64,000 bases of DNA from Octopus vulgaris (taxonomy: Eukaryota). Where the stretch lies: NCBI GenBank assembly GCA_951406725.2, contig OX597827.1, positions 22,134,001 to 22,198,000 of the forward strand, in the 5' to 3' direction. Both the position numbers and the translations under genes were made by a program. Of this stretch, positions 1-13,019 are shown piece by piece. Every line of letters starts with the position of its first letter. Positions within the stretch are counted from its first letter, which is position 1. The notes beneath the pieces were generated by a model, which did no database searches, was not told the origin of the DNA, and saw nothing but the letters and a program-made list of their open reading frames with translations.

Positions 1-50
1 CTGTTGCCAGCCTTCACCTGTTTTTGAAGTAAGGTAACATTTCCCTTGGT

Positions 51-253
51 TTAAGGCAGTGAGCTGGCAGAATCGTTAGCACACCTGGCAAAATACTTTG
101 TGGCATTTCATCTGTCTTAATGTTCTGAGTTCAAATTCCGCTGAAGTTGACTTTGGAGGTCAATAAAATAAGTACCAGTTGCGCACTGGGGTTGATGTAA
201 TAAATTTATCCCCTTCCCTAGAATTTCTGGTCTTGTGCCAAAATTTGGAACCA
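51..253 (+). mobile_element. tRNA-derived SINE, family A (working name)
   Basis: Head GAGCTGGCAGAATCGTTAGCAC, B-box-like GAGTTCAAATTCC, body AATAAGTACCAGTT; 12-bp TSD ATTTCCCTTGGT at 39-50 and 254-265; many homologous copies in the window. Confidence 0.85.
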
Positions 254-272
254 ATTTCCCTTGGTCCTTTAA

Positions 273-595
273 CCCTTTTGATACCAACCCGGCTGAAACC
301 AGTTCTGGCTCTGTAGTACAAATGTTTTGTTTTCAAAAATTCTGAATTAAAATCTTCCACCAAACCTTAGTCACAATTTATGTTCCTAATACTAAATTAA
401 TGATAACTAAGTTATTTTACTAATTTCTTTGTTATATTTAAAATAATTGAAAGAAACACAGAGCATGTCAAAATAAATACAGTAATGAAAGGTAATACAG
501 TTCTATATTTAAGAGACGAGGAATTATTTACATTATTTACATTTGATGGACAGATATCCATCAAATGTAAATAATGTAAATAAGTAACGAAAGGG
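273..595. mobile_element. piggyBac-type non-autonomous element (MITE)
   Basis: TTAA on both sides (269-272, 596-599); termini CCCTTTTGATAC / GTAACGAAAGGG are inverted repeats matching at 10/12. Confidence 0.65.
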
Positions 596-1534
596 TTAAA
601 CACAAACAGCACAATGGCTGGACATGATTTCATGGGGGATTACTACTTGTGTGAGGTTGATATTTAGAACAAGCAACATGAAGACAAGGAGATACAAAAA
701 CAAGTGAGGGCACAGTGGCTGAATGGTTAATAAGTTTGTTTAGTTACCATAAAGTCTTAAGTTCAATTACACTCTGTGGCATCTTGGACTATAGAGCACT
801 TTTAGCATCAGGTCAACACATACTTTTGGACAGATGGAAACTGTTTGGTGATGAACCATCTTTGATATCTCAGCAGTCCTGTCGAGCACCCTAGATATGT
901 CATCAGTAGTCTGTGGAGTACTCCAAGCATATCAGCAGTACTCTATATATGAACCTAGGGTACTTCCATGTATCTGGGGTGCATCTGTAGAGAGATTGAG
1001 CTGCAAGTTTGACTGTCATAGATATGAGGTCTTTTGCTTGTCTCATTATCCTGTGGGACCCATTAGAATGACCATCGGTCAGTGGTCAGTGTTGGTCCCC
1101 TCACCACAACGCATTGGGTAGACTTCTTCTAATTCAAAAGGTACAAGGTTCACCATATGCACCGTTTCGTGTTGATTCTGCCTGACAGTCACATTAAGAG
1201 TGCACTTGTGTCTGTGGAACATTCAACCACTTGCACATTAAATCAAGGGCAAGTAACTCACTTGACCGAACGGTCAAATCTGCATAATTGAAACTGATGG
1301 AGATATATAAAGTTCACAAAAGAAACATGGATAAGTTTGAAGCTCCCTAAAAGCCGGTTAACGTTTTCGGTCATGTCCCTTATTACGATTTAAATATACT
1401 CATCAGAACCCTAACCATCGTTTCTATACAGTGTGTATGTATGTCTATCAATGTGTGGGGATGTGTATGTGCATGTGTGTGCGTGAGTGTGTGAGTCAAT
1501 ACAAATGTATATTCTTGTGTGTGTGTGTGTGTGT

Positions 1535-1670
1535 GCAAGCTTTCAAACCATCTGATCTTGGGTTCAGTCTCACTGCATGGCACCTTGGGTAAGTATCTTC
1601 TATAGCACTGGGCTGGCCAATGCTTTGTGAGTGGATTTGGTAGATGGAAACTGAAAGAAGCCTGTTGTGT
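1535..1670 (+). mobile_element. SINE family B, 5' part (CORE-like)
   Basis: GGTTCAGTCTCACTGCATGGCACCTTGGGTAAGT...GTGAGTGGATTTGGTAGATGGAAACTGAAAGAAGCC is shared with copies at 21842 and 35835. Confidence 0.75.
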
Positions 1671-1764
1671 GTGTGTGTATGTGTGTATACTGTATATATA
1701 TATGTGTGTGTGTGTGTGTTTGGAGCACACCAGAAATAGTTTTGCTTAAATGCTTGGATGGTTC

Positions 1765-2345
1765 ATTAGAAGTAATTAATAGCTTTTGTTATTTAAGAGA
1801 TGTAATTAGCAAAGGAGGTGGCAGCTCTGACAGTATAGTAGTCAGAGTAAGAACTGGCTGGAGAAGGTCCAGGGAGCTACTACTACTGTTGGCAACAAGG
1901 TCTTTTCCCACAGAGTGATGGGCAGATTGTATGATGCTTGTGTTAGAACTGCAATGCTGCATGGCAGTGAAACATGAGGATTGGAACGCAGAGGACATGT
2001 GAAGATGAGAACGAATGCTCTGTTGGATGCACAACAGAGGTGTGCATGAATGATGTATTATAAATGTGCTGAGAGAAGAACTGGGCATAAGAGGAATCTG
2101 ATGTAGTGGGCAGGAAAGAAGGCTGTGCTGGTATGGACATGTGGTGCATGTGAATGAGGAGAGATGTATAAGGAAGTGCTCATCATTTAATGTGGATGGA
2201 GGTTGTGAAAGTGGGAGACCCAGGAAGACATGGGATGAGGTGGTGAAGGCTTCTCTCAGGACCTTGAATCTCACCACGGAGATCACAAAGGTCTGGGATG
2301 GCTGGCAATATGCGGTTCTCAACAAAACCTGCCCATCATGATGAG
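1765..2345 (+). mobile_element. RTE-clade LINE, decayed 3' fragment
   Basis: Frameshifted peptides EVINSFCYLRDVISKGGGS..RVRTGWRR, GRLYDACVRTAMLHGSET, RRLCWYGHV, GRPRKTWDEVVK are typical of the RTE ORF C-terminus; ends in TGATGA. Confidence 0.85.
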
Positions 2346-3277
2346 TTCTGGTTGAGCTGTGTGCATGTATATATGTATCTGCACAACTGGGCCCTTTTCC
2401 CAGTTTTCTTTCCTCTCACGACAACCCTAACCCTAACTGTAGTTCATCTTTGATTCCACTTTTCTTACCACCCAGAACTGCTACACTTGTCTTCCGTTTT
2501 ACAACCATTAATTCTGATCTCTCCACCCATACTTTCAACCCATCTCCACCCCATCTCTACTGTGCCACCAAAGTATCTCTCCTCCCTTGCCACAATATGT
2601 CTCACCCCTACCCCTGTACACTTCATCTACCTCTCTCTTCCCCATCTCCTGCAACCTATTCAACATGATATCTCTCTTTCATCCTTCTGTTTATTGTATT
2701 TTCATGTTTATTCACCTGTCGTTGTCCACCCCACCCCTATACCACTTATTTATTCACTCTTGGTACCCCTGCCTTTTCCCTATCCACTCCATATTCTAAA
2801 GGTCCACCCTGACACCCCACCTCCATTTTGTTTTTATTCTTCAGCCCCACTTAATCACTGCCCCCTCCACTATCCAAAATGTAAGTAACCTGTTCTGCTC
2901 TGCCCCTTTTCTTTCCCCTTTCTAACCCTTGTTTGCTCCTCATTCTTGTAGCATTAAGTTGTCCCCGCTCCTCTTGCAAACCTCATTAGTACCAGTAGCA
3001 TGAACAAAGCACCCCTGAACATTCTGTAAAGTGGTTGGTGTTTGGAAGGACCCAGCTGTTAGGAAAGGGATCAATGAAAATGCAGGTGGGGAGAGAAGTA
3101 TCAACGGATGAAGAAGGGTGTAAAACAACTGGAGTAGTTCTGGGTTATTAAGAAAAAGCAGAATCAAGAAGGAATTACAGTGAGGAAGGTGATGGGTGTC
3201 TTGAAGAGGAAGGAAATTGGGAAAAGGGCTCAGTTGTGCATGTGTCAAATGGTGATGATGATGATGGAAATGATAAA

Positions 3278-3313
<36 letters not shown>

Positions 3314-3855
3314 TTAGCAAGTAAGCTCTTGGAGAAAAGGGGAATCCCAATGAGAAAAAAACCCCCCACCTCTTACAGATTTATATGATGGAATTGTTTT
3401 CTAGTCAGGAGTGTGAAACCGATGTTACAAACTCTGGTATTGCCGTATACATACTACTACCACCCCACTTGCTTTGTGTGTGTGTGCGCGTGTGCGTGCA
3501 TGTTTGTTCCCACACCACTTGACAAGTTCACTTGTGAGCAGTTTGGCAAAAAATCACAATGGAATCAGTACCAGATTTCAAAAATGAATCCTGGGGTTGG
3601 TTTGTTTGATTAAAAACCCTTCAGTGCAGTGCTGGCTGCAGCATGGCCACAGCCTAATCACTGAAACAAGTAAAAGAAAAAAAATATCGAAGGAAAAAAA
3701 TGTGAAAGAGAGAGAGAGAGAGGTTTGAAAAATTATGTAAGAATAGAAAGGAAACTGGTCTCTTCACTCATTCAGTGAATCTGTGCATTCGTTTTTTGCA
3801 GAGAACTGTGTGTGTGTGTGTATATGCAAGTGTAAAAGTATGCATGTGTGTATGC

Positions 3856-3893
<38 letters not shown>

Positions 3894-4722
3894 TGTTGAG
3901 CATGTGAGTGTGTATTTTTGTTCCTTTTCTGTGTAAACCTTTTATCATATTCATTATGTTAAGTGTGTCTATGCTTGTGCATGTTTGAGCTTAGGCATCT
4001 CTGTGGTTTTGATGTGAATATCACCCCCTCCCCCCGCTTCTAAGTATTCATTTATTTATGCATGTTGTGTGTGTCCGTGTGTCCGTCCGTTATACTGTGT
4101 ATGACTTCATTATGAATGACTTGTACTTTCCGTTTTAAGTGTTGCTTGTGTCCACGTACTGCTTAGCACATTATTGTCATTTTCTTCTCATTCAGAAACA
4201 GTGACAACATTTTTTGAAGTGTTTGCATAATTATAAAAAAAAAAAAAAAAAAAAAAAATTCTTCTATTCTGTGTCTTCCTGGGATCAGACTCCTTAGAAA
4301 ATATTTTAGACCCAAGGGTTTATGCCCGAAGCATTGATAGCTTAAAGCATTTTATTGTGAGAATGGTTTGGTCTAAAAATAAGAAATACACACAGAAACA
4401 GAATTTAAATTTTAGTAGTAGTAGTAGTAGTAGTAGTAAGATGGATGTGGATGTGTGCAATATAGTATATGTGTGTAATATTGTGTGTGTGTGCACGCGC
4501 AATATTGTGTGTGTGCACGTGCAATATTGTGTGTGTTTGTGTGTGTGTGTGTGTGCATAATATTGTATGTGTGTGTTATTGGCAGAGTCAGGGGTGTGTG
4601 GTTAAAAACCTCACTTTGCAACACCATGGTTCCAGGTTAGATACTGCTGTGTGATACAGCTGGAGTATCTTCTATGCTTGGGTTGACATGGGAACTGTGC
4701 ATAAGCCAACTAAATACACCAT

Positions 4723-4754
<32 letters not shown>

Positions 4755-4970
4755 CACCTAAAAGAACATGCATTGCATCTAGAACCAGCCCTCAGTCAGA
4801 TCTGTAGTTTCAATTGGATTTGGTACTTTCATATCTACAGTATCCTACCAGCCTATGATACCTTCATGGTTGTTTTATCTCGCTGTGAACTCCATGTTAT
4901 TGTACATCCTAGCCATTTCTGGCATCCTACATGTTGATCTGCCTAAATTCTAATGAATTCTATAACTAAT

Positions 4971-5900
<930 letters not shown>

Positions 5901-6214
5901 GAGTTGAAAAATTGATTAACTGACTCAAAGTATATTTAAAATTGATTTAAAACCATGTGAGATAGATAAGTCTAACAGTGTCAGCCAATCCAAGTGTTTG
6001 GATCTGTTGTTATAAAGACAACACCAGTTGGATTTAAGAGAGTCACTCCTAACAGCATTTTGTGTTTATTGTCAGAAAATGTAGAAAAGCCAATATTATT
6101 GATTTATCTTCCTTCTTTCTTGAATTTCATATTAAACACTCTTAAAGGAGCTTTGTTTTTTTCCCCCCCTTCTAATTGCATGAAAAATTTCAAGTAGGCA
6201 GAACACTTCCAAAG

Positions 6215-6430
6215 AGCTTTTCTACTTTAGGCACAAGGCCTGAATATTTGGCAGGGGGTGGTGGTGCCAATCGATTACATTGACCCCAGTATTTGACTGT
6301 TACCTGTTTCATTGATCCCTCTAAAAGGATGAAAGGCAAAGTCAGAAGACCTTGGTGAAATTTGAACTCGGAACATAAAGAACCAGAGCATTTCTTCCAG
6401 CTAACAATTCTACATCTCTGCCAGTATGCC
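6215..6430 (-). mobile_element. SINE family A, diverged
   Basis: AAAGGATGAAAGGCAAAGTC...ATTTGAACTCG...CTGCCAG is the reverse complement of the family A head and body. Confidence 0.7.
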
Positions 6431-6808
6431 AACTTAGGTTAGGTTAAGTTTAGATGTTCACTTAGATTTAAGGTTTTGGGGGTTTAGTAGAAGGAAAGGT
6501 TTAGTTCTGAGATTTCTGTTCAGGGTTTAAGGATGTAAAAGGGGAAAGAGACTGGAATGACAACAATATGGTACTGAATCATTCCTGCCATGCTACCCTG
6601 ATAAATAAATTTATTGAGGGAGATTGTTGGTGAGGTAGATAGATGATTGGATACGCGAGACAAACAGACAGATATATTCATGGATGAGTAGAGAGAATGA
6701 CAGATGGATTGATGCAGAAATAGATGAGTAGGTGAATGAATAAGACAGACAGACAGACATAAATTCATGGATGAATAGATGGAAAGAAAGATGGATTGAA
6801 ATATAGAC

Positions 6809-6840
<32 letters not shown>

Positions 6841-7879
6841 ATTCAGTCCCTAACTACCCATTTAAGAATGCATTCATTTATATATTTACAAATATACACA
6901 CAGAGAAAGGAAGAGAGAGAGGGATTGTTAGAGAAATACATAGTTCGTGTGTTTATAGTGTTCATCCATCCATCCATCCATCCATCCACCCATCCATCCA
7001 CCCATCCATCCATCCGTCCGTCCGTCCGTCCGTGCCTTCATCCGTTGATCCATTACTCGACTGTGTTATCAGCAAAGTCAGTAACAGCGAAGGACACCAG
7101 CAGCAGGAATGGTTGTGATGATGGTGGGGTACAGACAAGAAAAGGAGAGGAATGCGAGGTCATCTAGGAATAGATGCGTAGGTGACCCATGAATAAGTTT
7201 GGACAGATTTTGACAGACATAAATTCATGGATGAAAAGATAGTAACTAGAAAGCACTACCACTGGATTGAAATATAGACATACTACTAATGGTGGTGGTG
7301 GTGGTAATAGTAGTAGTTGTGGCTGTGGTGGTGGTGGTGGTGGTGGTGGTGGTGATAGATTACTTAGCAAAAGTAAAAAAAAAAGTGATATTGGGTCTCT
7401 ATGAAGATTTTGAGGTAGATTGACACTTCGTGTGTTTATAGTGTTCATCCACCAATCCATCCATCCACCCATCCATTCATCCATCCATCCATCAACACAT
7501 CCATCCATCCACCCATCCATCCACCCATCCATCCACCCATCCATCCATCCGTCCGTCCGTCCGTCCGTGCCTTCATGCTGGTGGAGAAGGTTTTACACAT
7601 GTGCTTGTAAGGAAAAGGCAGAAGGTTTAAGAGGGGAGCTTTAGATAGACAGACAGACAGATAGATGTGGTGGTGGGAGCGTGTGGAGAGTGGGTGGGTG
7701 GGGGTTAGAAGACAATGTCTGGAATAAAGGAAGGAATCAGGAGTGTGTGATATTCCTTAGTTCTCAGAGACTAGATTTTGCAATACTTAGAAATCAATAA
7801 ATATTGAGTAGTAATCAAAATATGCCTGTGGAAGATTAGTTAGTGGTAGACATAAAGGTTAGTCTTCTTCCTGTCTCTT

Positions 7880-7910
<31 letters not shown>

Positions 7911-8029
7911 TGTGCAGATAGAATTGAATCCCAATAATAGCAGTTGTTTGCCTTAAAGTAAGTTCCTTCTTTTCCTCTCTCTTTCTTTCTCTTTCTCTCG
8001 CTTTCTCTTTCTGTCTCTATTTAATATAT

Positions 8030-8800
8030 CATCATTATCATCATCATAATCATTTAATGTCAGTTTTCTATGCTGGCATGGATGGATCGCATGGTTCTGA
8101 AAGTTGAAATTTCATGGTTCTGAAAGTTGATTTCTGTTCCAGTGTCTGCTTTGCTATGGTTTCTATACATGGATACCCTTCCTAATGCCAACCGCTTTAC
8201 AAAGTGTGCCGGCAGGGTGCCTTTTTCGTGCCACCTGTGTTTGTCAGTTTGCCATGGAACCCACAAAACTAAAGTGACCCCCCCTCACTTGATTGAGAAA
8301 GGTTATAGTAAAGAGGGAGGTGACTTAAAGTATGGTAAAATGTTGCTGTTGAAGAGCTACATGGCCACCCGGGGTATTGTATTAGGGTAGGCAGGTGGTT
8401 TTGGGGTAGAGCTGCAAAGATAGTAGTGGAGGAAATGTGAGAGTGTACCCTCAAGGTACAAGATGAATAGAAGGGAGTGTGGAGAGAGATCAGGGTGGGT
8501 GGATGGATAAAGTGTGCAAGAGGGTGGAGGAGAAAGGAGAGGTGGATGTAAAGGGTGAGGGAGGGTGGAGAGGTGGTTGATGGTAAATATAAGTTGGGGA
8601 GGGAGGAAGGCGATAACATTGAGGGGGTGAAGAGCCACTGGATAATAAAACTACAAATAGGGTGGTGGGAAGGCAGATGATTGATACAGTGGGGAGGGGA
8701 GGGAAGGGAGAGAGAGATGACAGGTGAGCGTGGGTGATTAAAGGTTGCAAGATGGTGGTAGGGAGGGTGAGAGACATAATGACAAGAGTGGAGGAGGATC
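8030..8800 (-). mobile_element. SINE family C ((TGA)n tail) with purine-rich extension
   Basis: (TCA)n then TTTAATGTCAGTTTTCTATGCTGGCATGG...GGATACCCTTCCTAATGCCAACC; a similar GA-rich extension follows the copy at 42155. Confidence 0.6.
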
Positions 8801-9332
8801 AGAGGTGTGTGTGTGTGTATGTATGTACATATGCATGCTGTGTGTGTGTGTGTGTAAGCTATGCCAGTGTGGAAGGCATAGGTGGAGGGCTTAGATGATG
8901 ATGATGATGATATATATATTTGAAAAAATGGAATAAGAATGATTTTTTCTGATCATTTTCCCCTATTTTAATGATTAGATGTTTACAAGTTATATCGTGA
9001 CTCTCGTCTTTTCTTCTCTTCCTGTGATTAAAGGAGATTTTTCTATATTGCAAAAAAGGGTTCTTCTCTGTTTAGCAGTGAATGTCTTGCGTAAATGTAA
9101 TTTTCAAATCGTTTTTTTTTTTTTGTTTTTTTTGTGTCAAAAGTTTTTTTTTAATGTAGTTTTAGTGTCTGTCCGAGTGTTTGAGGGAGAGACTTGTTTC
9201 TTATATGATAAAAAAAAAAAAAAAGAAAATCCTTTGATTCCTGGAAGACAAACAAGAATCAGAAAAAAAAACAATTTGTAAACATCAGATCATTAAAGTG
9301 AAAAATAATTATCAGAAAAGTAATTCTTATTC

Positions 9333-9633
9333 CGTTTTTGGATTTGGTTTGCAAGATTCTTTATGCAAGTTTGTGTGTTGAAGCATATTCTGTTGTGTCT
9401 GGGGAGAGTCATTCTCTTTTTGTGCCTTATAATTTAACACACTCACCGGTTAAATTACCACTTATTTCTTTTTTATTTTTCTAAAATTTTCATTGCGTCT
9501 TGCAACTTTTCCAATTGCAAGGTGCTACGAAAATTTTAGGAAAATAAAAAAATAGATAAGTGGAAATTTTACCGGTGACTGTGTTAAATTATAAGGCACA
9601 AAAATAGAATGACTCTCCTCAGACACAACAGAA
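9333..9633. mobile_element. Foldback (inverted-repeat) insertion, possibly a Penelope-like terminal repeat
   Basis: ~120-bp inverted arms 9386-9505 / 9515-9635; 12-bp direct repeat TAATTCTTATTC at 9321-9332 and 9634-9645. Confidence 0.7.
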
Positions 9634-9746
9634 TAATTCTTATTCATTTCTTTAAATATACACACTGTACTATGTACTCTCTGTTTCTATTGCAACTATA
9701 TACATGATATTTGTAAGCATTATTGAAAAGCAGCAGAAATATCACG

Positions 9747-9792
9747 AAAACTGTTACTCAGAGTTTCACGTTCCCATTCATTGGACAGTTTT
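9747..9792 (-). ncRNA. Minimal type I hammerhead-ribozyme fold, core-mutated
   Basis: Minus strand reads AAAACTGT-CCAATGA-ATG GGAA CGT-GAAA-CTCTGAG-TA-ACAGTTTT: 8-bp stem I, short stem II, GAAA, near-palindromic stem III, UH site; core differs from CUGANGA at positions 4 and 5. Confidence 0.65.
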
Positions 9793-9902
9793 GTTTAGAA
9801 TTCGAAACAAAACTGTCTGCTTTTTAATAAAGCATATTACTCTACCTCTGGTATTCGAGTACTATTTTTACCACCTTGTTTTGCATTTATGTGCTTACTC
9901 TA

Positions 9903-9944
<42 letters not shown>

Positions 9945-9947
<3 letters not shown>

Positions 9948-10116
9948 CCTTTATTCTTTTACTTGTTTCAGTCATTTGACTGTGGCAGTGCTGCAGCACT
10001 GCCTTTAGTCTCACAAATTGACCCCAGAACTTATTCTTTGTAAGCTTTAGTACTTATTCTATCAGTTTCTTTTGCTGAGCTGCTAACATTGGTTGTTAAG
10101 CGATGATGGGGACATG

Positions 10117-10147
<31 letters not shown>

Positions 10148-10250
10148 TTCTTTCAGTTCTACCAAATCCACTCACAAGGCTTTGTTCAGCCCGAGACTAT
10201 AGTAGAAGACACTTGCCCAAGGTGCCACACAGTGGGATTGAACCTGAAAC
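9945..10250 (-). mobile_element. SINE family B
   Basis: TTTTATTCTTTTACTTGTTTCAGTCATTTGACTG tail through AGACACTTGCCCAAGGTGCCACACAGTGGGATTGAACC. Confidence 0.85.
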
Positions 10251-10351
10251 CTTAAATATATATGTCAGAAATTAGAATGAGAAAGGCATAAGAAATTATG
10301 CAGTGCACTCAAAAATGAATATATATATTGAGTTCTCATACCAGTAATAAA

Positions 10352-10446
<95 letters not shown>

Positions 10447-11253
10447 CACATATATATATATATATATATATACATATACACATATATATATATACATATA
10501 CACACATATATATATAATGTTTGTATTTAAAGCATAAAGTCAGGAGGTTTGAGATGTGAAGATAGATATTTATTTTTCCATATGACTTCCATATGATTGT
10601 GGCCATTTCACAACATCCATGGGATTTCATTAATTTCAGTCTGCAAAATTGTATGTGTGACTGCGTCAGTGCGTATGCTCAGCATTATGCAATACAATTG
10701 TATATACACAAATTGATGCAAATAAAGAATGCTAACTCGTGAGAAACCCACTGCCTAAGTTTAGATGCTTTTTTTAGTTCATGAAAGTGTTTTATGATCA
10801 AAGTGTGACTTGAATCTAACTGTTTTGCTAATTTTCATGCAATTTGCTTTGGAATTTCCTCAAATACGATTTTCAGAAGCTTAATTTCAACAGAATTTAG
10901 TCATCCAAATTAAGGGGATTCTGTGAGAGGAAAATTTCCCAAGTAAAACTCACCAAACCATGTCCAGACACTTAAACCTCCATAGACAGAATGATTATTT
11001 CTTGCTGCTTCCATTGTTGAAGAACCATCTTTAGAATTCATACCCTATGCAGTGTCAGGTAGGGGCCTGATCTAAAGCCATTTAAACCTCTGTGGTTTAA
11101 AATAATCTGCAAACAAACATCAGAATCTAAAAATTAATGCTTAGTTTATCATAAGTGTTTAAAAAGTCCTCTCAAAGTGATCAGGTGAGAAATGTGATAA
11201 GACTTGCTTTCCAACCTAATAATTGATTTGTGTGGTGTGAGCAGGTGTGTACG

Positions 11254-11353
11254 TCTTACCTCTGGGTGTGTTTGTAGTGCGTGTGTATATCTCGGTAATT
11301 TTTCTGCTAGATGATTAACGTGCTTGTGTGGTGTTTCTATATATATGCACGTG
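11254..11353 (-). promoter_or_regulatory. Candidate TATA promoter, short first exon and splice donor
   Basis: Minus strand: E-box CACGTG (11348-53), TATATAGA starting 11343, TCA Inr-like 31 nt downstream (11312), donor AG|GTAAGA at 11260/11259. Confidence 0.3.
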
Positions 11354-11679
11354 ATAAAAGTTTTTCAAGTCTTAATCTTCTGTCCCCGTCCCCTTTACAC
11401 CCATCTGCCGCCAATGCTGTCTTTTGCACCCCTTTTCAACTCCTACAAGTTTTATTCCTATATTTTACTCAAGACATCCACAAATCACCAATAGACATGA
11501 CAATTTTAAAATCTACGTTATTGGTGTTAATAATCTTTGAAATAGTAATTTTTTTCATATGTTATTTGTTATATGTTTATATTTGTGTGTGTGTGTGCTT
11601 TTGTTTATATTTGTATCTGTTTGTATTTGTGTGTATTTATATCTGTCTGTCACTCTCTCTCTCTCTGTCTATCTATCAA

Positions 11680-11870
11680 TCATCATCATCATCATCATCA
11701 TTGTCGTCGTTTAGCGTCCGCTTTCCATGCTGGCATAGGTTGGACAGTTTGACTGAGGACTGGCAAGCCGGGAGGCTGCACCAGGCCCTAATCTGATTTG
11801 GTAAGGTTTCTACAGCTGGATGCCCTTCCTAATGCCAACCACTCCGATAGTGTAGTGGGTGTTTATACAT
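11680..11870 (-). mobile_element. SINE family C
   Basis: (TCA)n GTTTAGCGTCCGCTTTCCATGCTGGC...CAGCTGGATGCCCTTCCTAATGCCAACCAC. Confidence 0.85.
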
Positions 11871-11959
11871 GCACCCACTATCCATGTATCTTTCTGTCTG
11901 TATATTTATCTTTACATATACTTACATACATACACACACACACACATACATACATACAC

Positions 11960-12004
<45 letters not shown>

Positions 12005-12365
12005 TATATATATACACACACACATATTATACATGCATACATACAAATATATACGTATACACACATGCACATATATATAGTATTATTTTAAAACAATACA
12101 GAAAACATATTCAATATTTTAAGCTTTGTAAACATACACGTATTTCAGTAAATCCACTGGAAAGATTACGCAATCGTTTGGTGAAATTATATAATCTTCT
12201 GGATTTATTTCATCAATGCTCTTGGCAAAAAATGTAGTGCTAAGTTTGCCCAGTATATATCTCTGTTATACAAATTACCAACCTCATCAGTGGAATGGTG
12301 GAGTGCAGGGTGATAGAGTGCAAACTAGTAAGAAGGGTAAATAGAAGATAGAAAGACAAATACAA

Positions 12366-12786
12366 TATAAGGTGGTGAGCTGGCAGAAACGATAGCACAC
12401 CGGGCGAAATGCTTAGCGATATTTCGTCTGCCTTTACGTTCTGAGTTCAAATTCCACTGAGGTCGACTTTGCCTTTCATCCTTTCGAAGTCGATAAATTA
12501 AGTACCAGTTATGCACTGGGGTCGATATAATCGACTTAATCCGTATGTCTGGCCTTGTTTGTCCTCTCTATGTTTAGCCCCTTGTGGGTAGTAAAGAAAT
12601 AGGTATTTTGTCTGCCGTTACATTCTGAGTTCAAATTCTGCCGAGGTTGACTTTGCCTTTCATCCTTTCGGGGTCAATTAAATAAGTACCAGTTACACAC
12701 TGGGGTCGATATAATCAGTTTAATCCGTTTGTCTGTCCTTGTTTGTTCCCTCTGTGTGTAGCCCCTTTTGGGCAGTAAAAGAAATA
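12366..12786 (+). mobile_element. SINE family A, dimeric body
   Basis: Head followed by two ~184-bp bodies; 16-bp TSD AGAAAGACAAATACAA at 12350-12365 and 12787-12802. Confidence 0.9.
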
Positions 12787-13019
12787 AGAAAGACAAATAC
12801 AAGGAGGAATCTATTCCCTCTTTCACATATTCAGGCAGGCAAGGAGACCTTTTCATACACACTCACAAATCTTCACATATATCCACAATAGAAAAGAAAA
12901 AGGGAAGGAAGGACAAGAGATAACCCTTAAGCAATGTAAATTCAATGGTGAGGAAAACAAAAACAACAACACCAACAGCAACAATGGTAAAAACTGTCAG
13001 TCAGTCAGTTAGGACACAT

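Noticed and set aside
2422-2437. AACCCTAACCCTAAC telomere-like repeat
   Set aside because: Only about two units; expected by chance
4234-4258. A25 tract suggesting a retrocopy tail
   Set aside because: No TSD, polyadenylation signal or recognisable body upstream
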